Of a stretch of 54,823 nucleotides of DNA, positions 39,152 through 49,956 are shown in pieces. Position numbers and translations under genes: made by a program. Under the pieces are notes generated by a model that had not been told where the DNA came from, made no database searches, and worked only from the letters and a program-made list of their open reading frames with translations. Source of the stretch: Basidiobolus meristosporus CBS 931.73 (lineage: Eukaryota > Fungi > Basidiobolomycota); NCBI GenBank assembly GCA_002104905.1, contig MCFE01000596.1:1-54823 (forward strand), written 5' to 3'. Every line of letters begins with the position of its first letter. Positions within the stretch are counted from its first letter, which is position 1.

Positions 39152-41958
39152 TTCTGCACTTGGTCTGTATCCATACCATGCTTCAAATGGAGTAGAACCA
39201 TAAAGTATTCTGTTATAACTCCTATTTCTAAGATGTACAGCAGTGGCAACTGATTCCGCCCAAAAATCATAGGATAATTCTTGAGCATGGATCATAGATC
39301 TTGCCATATCAATCATTGATTTGTTGGCATGTTCTGCTACTTCATTTTTCTGTGGGGAGTATGGTACGGTAGTCTCTTGCTTTATCCCATGAATTTTGTA
39401 GAAGTGGATGAAGAGTTTTGAGTTATATTCTCCATCATTGTCAGAGCGTATTTTCTTGATTTTTTCACCAGCTTCTCTCTCCACCATGGCTTTATACTCC
39501 CTGAGCTTAGACAGAGCTTCTTCCTTTCTCTCCATGAAGTAGACCCATGTGTATCTTGTATAATTATTAATAAAGGTGATTAAATACTTCATCCCACCTA
39601 AGGATAAATTTTGCATAGGCCCACACAGATCTGAGTGAATTAGATCTAATTTTTTCTTAGTTTTGATTAACCCAGAGCTCTTGAATGGTTGTCTGGCTTG
39701 TCTCCCATATATGCAGGCTTCACAGTGCTCCAAGTTAGCTGGGGGATCAATTTTTACTCAAGAAATTAGCTGATCTTTGATCATTTTGCGCAAATAATCA
39801 AAATTGATGTGCCCAAATCTCCTGTGCCAAAGCATTGGTGTTTGTTCATTTAAGTCACTTATATTGACTTCCAAATATGATGGAATATATGCCAACTTGT
39901 ATAGATGTTGATCTCTGATACCCAAAGCAATGTGGGCACCATTTTGATCAGTGATCTTGCATCCAGAATTGTCAAAGCTGAAACTGAGTCCTTCTGCAGT
40001 GGCCTTGCTTACAGATAGTAGGTTCTTGGTTATATCTGGTACATAGAGTACTTCTTTGAAGGTCAGTGTATGGCTTCCTTCACTGCTTCTAAGGTTTACT
40101 TGGATAGTTCCTTCTCCCACTGCATCAAGTGTTCTATTGTCACCCATGAAAACCCTCTTAATTGGAATTTCTTGATATTGGGTAAAATGTTTTTGTTGGT
40201 GTGTAAAGTGTTGAGATGCTCCAGAGTCAAAATACCACTTCTGAGAACCCTTGTTTGTGGTCATATTTAGTGCAGATATGAAAAGTCTATCATCAGTTGT
40301 TGCAGCATTTCCATTTTCAAGCTTTTTCTGCTGACTATCTTTCTTTTTGAAGCACCGGTCTAATGTGTGTCCTTTCCCTTTGCAGTAGTTGCAAAACAGG
40401 TTGCTGTTGCCTTTGTAGGGTCTTGGGTACCTCCTTTGTTGGTTATCATTGCTTATTAAAGCATTTTCTTCTTCCTTCTTATTGGCACTTGATTTTTTTA
40501 ATTCTTCATCCAGGAGCCTTCCATATATGTAATTTAAGGTCAAATCTTCAGTTCTGGACTCTAGGGCTGATACAAGACCCTGAAACTTGTCTGTCAGGCT
40601 ATTCAGGATAGTAACTATCACATCCTCATTAGTAGTTGGTATGCCCACAGATTCCATTTCATCTACCAGCAGGGTAATTCTGTTGATTAGATTTTTCATT
40701 TCTTCTCCAGGCAGCATCTTTGAAGTAAAGAATTTTTGTCTCAGATACATTTTCTTAGCAGCTGAACATGACTGGTAGGTGTCTTCTAATGTGTTCCAGG
40801 CATTCTTTGCTGTTTTTGCTCTTGAGCATTGAATTAGCAATTTGTCTTTAACATTGAGGCAAATGGAGTTAAAGGCACCTTGTTCTTTCTTCTGGTACTT
40901 TAAGGCTTCCTCTCCCATGTTCTTAGGAGGGCATTCTTGTCCCATGACAATATCCCAAAGGCCTCCTTCTTGTAGCAGCATCTTTATCTTCACCTTCCAC
41001 ACTTGGTAGTTAGATCCATCCAACTTTTCAGCAGAGGGAAAATTGCAGTAATAGCAGTAGTAGACATTGCAGAGAGTGACAGCTTGGGGCTCATAGCCTG
41101 TTGTAAGAGTCTTGGAGATATTGCAAGTGATTGGGAGGACAAGTAGATTATGTGGTTTTAACTTAATGATTTATTGAATGTAAAATAGTATTTGTACTTT
41201 TACATGGTCTTGGCATAACAAACATGTAGAATAGGTTAAGGAAGGTCCCAAGAACATGTGTGCAAAGCTTGTGGCTGTTTGGACAGCTTTGAGAATATTC
41301 ATGTTCTGGGTACCTAGTATTTTGGTGAAAATATACTAAGTAAATCTTGACAAGGAATTTGGTCAGTATTCTCTAGGATTTGTGGCAATGATCTAAGTGA
41401 CCAAGTTAGGTGAATACTTAGGTGGAATTCCAAATTTATACAACAAATACCGTCAAGTTTTTGCCATATAAGGCAATTGGATGTCCTGGCCAACTGGATC
41501 CACTTGAAATAGTTATAGAGCACTAAAAGACCGCAACAACACCATGCAAATATTGTTACAGCACCAATAAAATATTGTCAAGTTTTATCCCTTTATTTGG
41601 TTATAAAATTAGTAAAACACTGTCATGATCCTGTCATAAGATTGTTAGGTGGGTCACTAATTCCAAGCTGCTGCTATTATGATGGTCTCTTGACAGGATC
41701 CTGATGGCTGATCTGGATTGGATCCACCCATGGGACCAAATTATTTTTCATAGGGGAGTAAAACTTGGTCACAGTAGCTCTGAAGGACTTGATAATTGAA
41801 AACTTGCAGCTCTCTCAGGAAGCCATCACACATAGGGCTGATAGTTCCAAACAAGCAGCAAAGAAATGTCTGGTTGCCAGAACAGTGCTGGCATGAGACA
41901 AGCATGCAAAAATGGATGCTTCAGTGCTGCTTTCATCATGAGGAATACAGAGTACAGT

Positions 41959-42722
41959 GGAATTGTTCCATTGGATAGTGCCATCTAGAGCCATGAATGC
42001 CAACTGATGCCATAGTGTACCATGGAGGCCAAGTTAACCTATACTGGGCAACAGAGTGTGCAACATAGTTCTTCATCTTCATGCAAAGTAGCCCCTGTGT
42101 CTGTTGTAAGAGTCTTGGAGATATTGGAAGTGATTTGGAGAACAAGTAGATTATGTGGTTTTCACTTAATGATTTATTGAATGTAAAAGTAGTATTTATA
42201 CTTTTACCTGGTCTTGGCATTACAAACACATAGAATAGGTTAAGGAAGGTCCCAAGAACATGTGTGCAAAGTTTGGGGCTGTTTGGACAACTTTGAGAAT
42301 TTTCATGTTCTGGGTACCTGGTATTTTGGTGAAAATATTCTAAGTAAATCCCAACAAGGAATTTGGTCAGTATTCTCTAGGATTTGAAGGTGATGATCTA
42401 AGTGACTAAGTTAGGTGAATACTTAGGTGGAATTACAAATTTTTACAACAGTGTCTCATCCATTGTGCTGGTGAAAATTCATTTTTTGAGCTTTTTTTGG
42501 GATCAATGTTGTGCATGATGTGTAAGAACACAGAAGGACTGAAGACATGCATCTGGTATGCAATACCCATGCCACTCTGAACTTAGCTTCAGTGGCTTGC
42601 AACATGTCACAAAAATGCATGGCACTATTGTGGTCCACTGGCACTTTCTGGCACTATAAGTTCTTTGTATAGGTTTTACCCTAGGGCTACTACTTAATAT
42701 AGTGCCAGATAGTGTCAGTGGA
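41959..42722 (+). mobile_element. Second foldback element copy (left arm, spacer, start of right arm; truncated), containing a solo LTR-B
   Basis: agt|ggaattgttccattggatagtgcca terminus; collinear with 43266-43680. Confidence 0.8.
42102..42450 (-). mobile_element. Solo LTR-B, TSD GTGTC
   Basis: TGTTGTAA...TTACAACA, 349 bp, GTGTC on both sides. Confidence 0.93.
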
Positions 42723-44440
42723 TATCTCATATTCAGTGGGAGTTGTCAGCCAGTGTAATTAGAACTATGGATCTGATCATATTGTAGCAGTTAAGTGGAT
42801 TTTTAGATACCTCAAAGGAACTGCTGATATCTGCTTAAGATACACTTATAAGGATTCAGAACAGGATCTTGTGGGATACTCTGATACTGATTGGGGACAA
42901 AATTTGGAAGACAGAAGATCCACTGCAGGATACACCTTTCTTTACTGTAAAGGAACAACTTCATGGGATTCAAGAAAGCACCCAACCATAGAATTTTCAC
43001 CACAGAGGCAGAGTATATGGCAACCTGCGACACTACAAAAGAAGTAATGTGGTTAAGAAAGCTTTCTCAAACTTAGGCATATGTTAAGAAGCCCCTATTA
43101 CATAGTCTCATGATAATCAAGGATGTAAACAACTAGGCAGCAGCTCAACTTTTACGCAAGAACCAAGTACATAGATATTAGGCAACATCTCATATGTGAC
43201 ACTATAGAGTATAACTTAGCTAACTTAGCCTACTGTCCCAAAGAAGAAAATACTGCAGACATAATAGACTTGTTCCGTTGGATAGTGCCACATTGAGCCA
43301 TGGGTGCCAAATGATGCCATAGTGTGCCAGAGAGGTCAAGTGAGCCTATACTTGGCCACAGAGTGTGTAACATAGCTCTGCATCTTCATGTAAAGCAGCC
43401 CCTGTGTTTCACCCATTGCGCAGGAGAAAATCCATTTTTTGACCTTTTTTTGTGGATCAATGTAGCTCAGGATGTGTAAGAGCACAGGAGAGCTGAAGAT
43501 ATGTATCTGGAACTCAATACTCATGGCACTCTGAATCTAGCTCCTGTAGCTTGTATCATGTCACAAAAAGGAATGGCACTATCTTAGTCCACTGGTACTA
43601 TCTGGCACTATAAGTGCTTTGTATAGATCCTACTTTAGGGCTAATATTTAAATATAGTGCCAGATAGTACCAGTGGACTAAGATAGTGCCATTCCTTTTT
43701 GTGACATGATACAAGCTACAGGAGCTAGATTCAGAGTGCCATAGGTATTGAGTACTAGATGCATATCTTCAATCTGCTTGTGCTCTAACACATCCTGCAC
43801 AACATTGATCCCAAAAAAAAGGTCAAAAAATGGATTTTCTCCTGCGCAATGGGTGAAACACAGGGGCTGCTTTGCAAGAAGATGCGGAGCTATTTTTCAC
43901 ACTCTGTGGCCAGGTAGAGGCTCACTTGGCCTCTCTGACACACTATGGCATCATTTGGCACTCATGGCTCAATGTGGCACTATCCAATGGAACAAGTCTA
44001 TTTATCAAGCTATGGGCTAGAGACAAACTTGAATATCTCAGATGATCACTATGGTTAGTAAATATGAGTCTATATTTGAGTGGTAGTGTTGTAGAAGTTT
44101 GTAATTTGACTTAAATATCCACCTAACTTGATCACTTAGACCAATAACTACTAGTCTTAGAGAAAACCTACCAGATGCTTTTCAAGAGATACTAAATATG
44201 CTCACCAAAATATTGGGTACTTAGAATATGAAAATTCCAAGGTTGTCAAACTGCCCCAAACCTTGCACACATACTATTGGCATCTTCCTTAACATATTCT
44301 GTGTGTTTGTCTTGTAAAGACCACATAAAATTATCAATACTACTTGTACATTGAATAAATCATTAAGCAAGTGCCCCATAATCCACTTGTTCTGCCAATC
44401 ACCTGCAGTCACCTCCAACATCTCCAAGACTCTTACAACA
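42721..44440 (+). mobile_element. Old Copia-B-like 3' fragment (RNase H remnant, PPT, 3' LTR 44087-44440), interrupted by the foldback element
   Basis: Homologous to the reverse complement of 35.6-36.55 kb (gatactgattgggga...gacagaagatccact); PPT ttgagtggtag before TGTTGTAG. Confidence 0.8.
43266..43999. mobile_element. 734-bp foldback/MITE-like element: two 347-bp inverted arms with a 40-bp spacer
   Basis: AGACTTGTTCC...GGAACAAGTCT; arms 43266-43612 and 43653-43999; flanks AAT/ATT. Spacing against the Copia paralogue implies a 3-bp duplication. Confidence 0.88.
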
Positions 44441-44499
44441 GCTTTGGTGTAGATGTTTGAAGTTAATCTCAACAAGGAATTTAGTCACAATTCACTAAG

Positions 44500-45467
44500 A
44501 TCTGTAGGTATTGAACTAAGCAATCAAGTTAAGTAAATGCTTTGGTACAGTTACAAATTGCTGAATACTTTCTCAAATAAGCAGGCTTTGAGGTGCACAT
44601 AACTAGCCAGGGGTCAACTTTTGCTCCAGAAATTAGATGGTTTTGGATCATTTTGGCGCAAATAGTCAGAATTGATATGAGCAAATTTCCTCTGTCAGAA
44701 TATAGGTGTTTCTTCATACAAGTTACTTAAATTGGCTTACAGATGTAATGGAATAAATGTTAACTTGTATATATTCTGATACCAAATATTCAAAGTAATA
44801 TTGGTGCTAATTTGATCAGGGAGCATTTATCTGGATTTTTCAAAACTGAAACTAAATCCTTCTGGTGTGGCCCAGCTTACAGATAGTAGGTTCCTGGCTA
44901 CTTCTTATACATAGAATACTTTATCAAAGTTAAGTGTGTGCTAATTAATTCAGAGGTTTACTTGAATAGTTGCCTGTCCAATTGCATCATGTGTTCTACT
45001 GTCACCCATGCAGACCTTCCTTGTAAGAATTTCCTATAATTTGGCATCAAATTTATCAACCATGGAAAAATTCCAGTAATAGAAGTAGCAGACAGTTTGG
45101 AAAGTGCCAGCTTGGGGCTTAAAACTTAGTGTAAGAGTCTGGAGATAGTGGAACTGATTGGGAGCACAAGTGGATTGTGTGGTTCTCACTTGATGATATA
45201 TTAAATGTAAAGGTAGTGATTTTTACATGGTACTGGCAGAACAAACATATACAATATGCTGACAAAAGTCCCACAAACATGTGGACAAAATTTGGGGTTG
45301 TTTGGACAGCTTTGAGAAATTTCATGCTCTGGGTACCCAATATTGTGGTGAAATATCCATGGTACATCCCAACAAGGAATTTAATCAGAACCTTTTAAGA
45401 TCCGTAGGTAATGATCTGCATGACTAAATTTGGTGAATGCTTAGATGTAATTACAAAATTTACAACA
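44500..45467 (-). mobile_element. Very degenerate Copia-B-like 5' fragment (protease/pre-integrase remnants, decayed PBS, LTR ~45127-45467)
   Basis: Similar to 39.75-40.2 kb; LTR-B-like sequence ending tttacaaca at 45467. Confidence 0.7.
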
Positions 45468-45691
45468 GGGTCAACCTGATAAAGCATAATGATTCAGAAG
45501 AGTTATACTGAAGCAATCATTATGTTATATCAGTGGGAGTTATAGAAATCTACACATAAGGTCATCAGGGAAAGGGAAGTTGAATTCAGTAAAAATCACT
45601 ACTATTTATCAGCAAGATTAAATGTTATCATGATTGACTCAGCCAGTGAAAATCATAAAATATATGGCTGGGAAAAGGAAAAATTCCATTG

Positions 45692-45709
45692 TTGGGTCAC
45701 GTGACCCAA
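45692..45709. promoter_or_regulatory. Perfect 18-bp palindrome with a GTCACGTGAC E-box core (bHLH-ZIP/Cbf1-type site) upstream of FAM50
   Basis: TTGGGTCACGTGACCCAA, ~85 bp before the ATG. Confidence 0.5.
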
Positions 45710-45793
45710 GAGGGGCATTTTTCAATAAAGGGAATTCTCAATGGGTAAGAGTGGCCCATTATCAGGTAGTGTACCGGGTACAGAACAAGCATC

Positions 45794-47212
45794 ATGGCCG
45801 AGTACAAGGGAGGGAATTCGGAGGGACTTCGACAAGCGATGCTCGAGAAGCAACGACAGAAGATGTTGGACGATTTCGAGAAGAAGCGAGAGCAGATCAC
45901 CAAAGTAACTTTTTCGCCCTTACCTTTGACGAACCAACGAGAGGACTGACGAACTTCCGGGGGTGGCGGTGAACTATTTTCCAGGATAGTAAGGTGCGCA
46001 TCGGTTCCGACAAGTTCGTCTCGCAACACGACTCCACGGAGACCATGCTGAAGAAATCCACCATCGGGTTGGTTCAGTTGGAGGACTTCCAGCGGATCCG
46101 CTCGGAGATCGAGCTCAGACGTGCCCAGGAAGCGGCCAAGACGCTGGTGAAAGAGTAAGTAGAGGAGGTGTCGGTTGGGCGGCGGGGGAAGCGAACGGTT
46201 TAGTAACCACGTGGGTTCTCTTCAGTGACGACAAGAAGAAAAGAAAGAAGAAGAAGAAGGAGACGAGTCGGTTGTCGTTTGCCCTAGAGGAGGAGGGAGA
46301 GATGGAGGGCGAAGAAGGTAAAGGGCTGTTTGGCAGTTGCTCGATGGAACCCTCGCTCACCATGTACCTAGTGGAAGCAAAAGAAATCAAGAAGGTTAAA
46401 CTTGGAAAGAATCCGGACGTGGACACGAGCTTCCTCCCGGATCGTGATCGCGAAGCGGAGGAGAAGCGTCAGAGGGAAGAGCTACGCGTCGAATGGCTGA
46501 AGAAGCAAGAGATAATCAAGGGTGGGTGACAAACGGAGGTTTGAGCACGAGTGGGCATGGCTAACGGGCACCTTGCGTCCAGATCAAGACATAGAGATTA
46601 CCTGGAGTTATTGGGATGGAAGAGGTCATAGAAAATCCACCAAGGTTTGTTCGATCCTCCCGCCTGGTGAATTCCAGCGTCACTCATTTCGTTGCGGTTT
46701 AGTGCAAGAAGGGAGACACGATCTCCACCTTCCTGATCAAGTGTCGGGAACAAATCCCCGATATCAGAGGGGTCCACGTGGACAACCTGATGTACATCAA
46801 AGAAGATCTCATCATCCAACATGTATGTTGTCCGCGCACCATCCGCCGCGCCTAACATTGCCAGCTAACCTTTGGCCGCTGTAGCACTACACGTTCTACG
46901 ACTTCATCATCAACAAAGTCCGCGGCAAGTCAGGCCCACTCTTTAGCTTCGATGTGAAGGAGGACATCCGTCTGGTGAACGACGCCGCGGTTGAGAAGGA
47001 GGAGGTAAGTGGCTGGCATTGCTGCTCGACGCGTAACAGTACTCACCTCCCGTTTGCTTTAGTCGCATGCAGGGAAAGTCGTGGAGAGGGCGTGGTACGA
47101 GAGAAACAAGCACATCTTCCCTGCCTCTCGGTGGGAGCCTTATGATCCCGAGAAGGACTACGGGAAGTATTCCATCAAGGACAAGCGAGAATCCACCGAG
47201 CCCACCATGTAG
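45794..47212 (+). CDS. FAM50: FAM50/XAP5 family nuclear protein, 8 exons
   Basis: [11 protein letters not shown]...; [19 protein letters not shown]; [13 protein letters not shown]; [11 protein letters not shown]; [12 protein letters not shown]; [31 protein letters not shown]. Seven GT-AG introns of 54-80 nt (first 45905-45984, last 47005-47062). Confidence 0.95.
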
Positions 47213-47339
47213 ATTTCCAAATAAAGTAGGATGGACCAATATCGTATGTACGACTAGTAGAATTTATTATATATACCAGATACAAAACTATACAAAAAGA
47301 CCCGGATTTGGTTACATCAATAACGACTGGTTGTGAGCC

Positions 47340-49409
47340 TTAATCTTTTCGTACTTCCACGGAGTCGTTGGGGACCCACGCGAAGTCCATGTCTTCCGGG
47401 AGTTCACTCAGATTGGTGAACGTTTGGGTGTGCTGACGAAGGGAGGGGGGGAGCTTGTCGGCGTTACGTGCCAACCGAGCGGATCTGCGCACTGGGGTCA
47501 GCACGACGTTGCAGTCCAGTGATTGTCTAAGCTTACGCGATGGGGTGATGCAAGTGTACACCAGTTGGCTAGCTTCGTTTTCAACCTCCTCCTCCAGCTG
47601 CTTTTTCACAGTGCTAACACGCTTTCCAGTAAGCTTCTTTTTCGTTGACTCCCCAGCTGGGGTGTCAGCATTAAGCAGTCGAGCGGAACGACGCACCGAG
47701 TCCAGGGCTGAGGCTTTGCTACGGCCTCTGCGTGTAGCTTTGCGGGGGGTGCTTACACTGGTAGAAGCCTCATCACCACAGCATTCACTTATGGCAACTT
47801 GATCGAGCATGTTGGTCATGTCCTCGACCTCCTTCGATGGGACATCCTCCGTTTCACTCATATTTGTGGTCTCTTCATCTTCATTAGCGGACTCCTCTTC
47901 GCTAAAGGTCACATTGGATTCTAGCACAGGAGGTGCCATAGTATCATCATCACTCACGAATGGGCTACATCTAACCTCCCGGGGCAGTTCAAATACGGGG
48001 TCTTGCTCTTTGACCTGGGAATCACTGCTGTCGAAACCATTTGAGGCCCCGTCGACAGTGCTATCACCAGTACGCCCCAAGGTTTCCGAAGCTAGCTCGC
48101 AGTCTACAGAGGATTCTTTGGAAGCGTGACCATCCATCTGGAAGCGGATGTTGATGGGCTCAAACTCCACCATTTCCCCGAGTTCGCGGTGACGACCAAT
48201 GAAGCGGTTGATGGCCACCTTAACATCCTTAGTAGGCTTGGCTTTCATTTGCTTGCCCTTTTGAAGCAGACCCAGCGCAACCTGGATGTTCCCGCATTGT
48301 TCTTCGAATTTGGCACGCTCGATCCAGTAATCGGCGGTGTAGGTGATATGCACCGTGCCGGACTTAGGAGGTGCGCCAAGAATCTCGAACATGGCTCGAG
48401 TAACCTCCTCCTCACCGGTAGCGGCATACTCCACTACCTTCGACAAGCGGAAGAGCGAGATGCCACGAGATGGGACGAACTCTTCGAGCAGGATTTCCTT
48501 GGTTTGGGCATCGATCACCTGGAGGATCTTCGGGGTCGGTACGGCGAAAGCCGACTTTCTGGATTCCACCAATTGTTGCTTTTGAATCAGGTGGAACTTG
48601 TGGACGATGGATGCGACATTTCCGGAGGCATCCTCAGTTGCCTGGTCGCACTGCTTGGGTGCTTCTTGAGGCTCTGCGGCGTTTACAGGCTCGAGTTTAA
48701 CGATCATACATGGGGAAGTCTGGGTACCAATGGTGGCATATCGGAGGGCACGGCGGGGCGTCTTCATGATACAACGGGATGTCTCAACCCTTTGTGCTGG
48801 CTTGCGCAGAGATGTGAGAGTAACATCGTTGAGGGGACCGCGTCTGACAGTTACTTGAGTAACTCGATTTGCAGAAAGATTGATCCTGGGGCTGTTTCTT
48901 TTCACCATGGGAGAGCGTTTCTTGTGAACGAGTCTACTCCTTCTGGTTGTTTTGGGGGAGGATCTGATCGGATTGGACTCTGGGTTCTGAGACTTCAAAC
49001 TTGTGCTCAAGGTGCCTCTAGTCAGTCTGCTGGTCACAGTGTTCGCGGCGAAGGTGGTCGCCCTTCTTGCGGCGGGCCTATTGGCCGGGGTTCGAAAACG
49101 CGACATGTTGGTCGCATCTTTGGCTTGTGTGGCAGGAGCCAGTGAGTAGGAAGGGTTTTGCTGCAAGACCAATCGATTGGATATCGCAGTTCTAGGCAGC
49201 TTGTTGGCAGTCCGCTGAATAGGGGTCTCGGTGAAGGGGACACGTGGGAAAGTTTTTTTCACGGTGGCCGGAAGGCGTCTCACGCTGTTGGCAACGCTCA
49301 ACGGAGCTTTGTTCAACGATTGCCCAGTATTTCGTAGCTCCTCCTTCCTCTTGCGGAACTCCTCGAGCATCCGACGGCGCTCTTCCTGGGCGGTATTCAT
49401 TGTTTCCAT
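47340..49409 (-). CDS. CKAP2: CKAP2-like (cytoskeleton-associated protein 2) microtubule protein, 689 aa
   Basis: N-terminal RRRMLEEFRKRK; basic low-complexity region; YWIERAKFEEQCGNIQVALGLLQKGKQMKAKP (CKAP2_C-like); C-terminal TPVRRSARL...KLPPSLRQH...NLSEL...PN, resembling the CKAP2 tail as I recall it. A CTAAC...TTTTTTAG acceptor just before the ATG suggests an upstream exon. Confidence 0.72.
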   Translation of the reverse strand: METMNTAQEERRRMLEEFRKRKEELRNTGQSLNKAPLSVANSVRRLPATVKKTFPRVPFTETPIQRTANKLPRTAISNRLVLQQNPSYSLAPATQAKDATNMSRFRTPANRPAARRATTFAANTVTSRLTRGTLSTSLKSQNPESNPIRSSPKTTRRSRLVHKKRSPMVKRNSPRINLSANRVTQVTVRRGPLNDVTLTSLRKPAQRVETSRCIMKTPRRALRYATIGTQTSPCMIVKLEPVNAAEPQEAPKQCDQATEDASGNVASIVHKFHLIQKQQLVESRKSAFAVPTPKILQVIDAQTKEILLEEFVPSRGISLFRLSKVVEYAATGEEEVTRAMFEILGAPPKSGTVHITYTADYWIERAKFEEQCGNIQVALGLLQKGKQMKAKPTKDVKVAINRFIGRHRELGEMVEFEPINIRFQMDGHASKESSVDCELASETLGRTGDSTVDGASNGFDSSDSQVKEQDPVFELPREVRCSPFVSDDDTMAPPVLESNVTFSEEESANEDEETTNMSETEDVPSKEVEDMTNMLDQVAISECCGDEASTSVSTPRKATRRGRSKASALDSVRRSARLLNADTPAGESTKKKLTGKRVSTVKKQLEEEVENEASQLVYTCITPSRKLRQSLDCNVVLTPVRRSARLARNADKLPPSLRQHTQTFTNLSELPEDMDFAWVPNDSVEVRKD

Positions 49410-49956
49410 GCTAAAAAAGGGAAGGGGAAAGTTAGTGTTGGACTGAGCCGGCGCGAGTCAGTGTCTGGTATGAACGGTGAATAAGAAAAACAGTGGAAAG
49501 CACGTATAACCGTCACGCGTGAAAACGCTATGTTGTCAAATAGTGAGTTTGCCAAATGTAAACAAACTCAGATACAATGGAGTGCGGTTTAATTGGTCGA
49601 GATCACATGATCCAGGGTGGTGCATGAAGCCTCCTCAACTCGGCCAAGAAAATTTATTTACGAAAATGAAATCTATTTCCACATCAATCCCACATCAATC
49701 CCACATCCCTCCCCACCCACAACAGTTGTAAGATCCGGTGGCAGGATTGATCAGCTATTCGTTTAGCCAAATTTGTTAGTTATCTATCAGGTTAAGTAGG
49801 CTGATTAGCTCATCTGCTAAACAGGATAGATGAGATAAGTGGGAGGGGAATATTTGAGGGATTCATCCAGTTACCAAAAAGTGAACCTTCATCACTTTGA
49901 AATCAACGTAGAAAGGTTATTTCCGTATCTGACCACCAGTGAATACCCCCAAGAAA

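Larger units (their letters stand above)
35567..41445 (-). mobile_element. Ty1/Copia retrotransposon Copia-B, full length, defective; LTR-B 41099-41445 (5') and 35567-35916 (3'); TSD AATAC
   Basis: TGTTGTAA...ACAACA LTRs (~10% divergent); PBS GGCTATGAGCCC; PPT GAGTGGGAG. Gag CNYCKGKGHTLDRC, PR FDSGASQH, IN HSDLCGP, RT KARLVAKG, RH YSDADW. Confidence 0.95.
32692..41756 (+). mobile_element. Tnp2/CMC DNA transposon copy 2 with both 14-bp TIRs (CCCCTATGAAAAAT ... ATTTTTCATAGGGG), interrupted by Copia-B
   Basis: Perfect TIRs at 32692-32705 and 41743-41756. Joining across the Copia-B TSD AATAC reproduces the reverse complement of window positions 1-80. Confidence 0.85.

Noticed and set aside
32688-41760. 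TSD for CMC copy 2
   Set aside because: Flanks (GCAT / AGTA) do not match and the right flank does not continue the foldback host; the flank has been rearranged or the ends come from different insertions.
1-45500. Ascomycete-type RIP as the cause of repeat decay
   Set aside because: CpA/TpG are abundant rather than depleted and the losses seen are at CpG, which fits methyl-CpG deamination or a CpG-targeted variant rather than CpA->TpA RIP.
48126-49145. 339-aa ORF overlapping the CKAP2-like gene in another frame, plus antisense ORFs at 47455-48129
   Set aside because: Shadow frames of a GC-rich coding region; no recognisable motifs.
49679-49710. Short tandem ccacatcaatc x2.5 in the divergent promoter
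   Set aside because: Simple slippage repeat; no spacers or other structure, not CRISPR-like.
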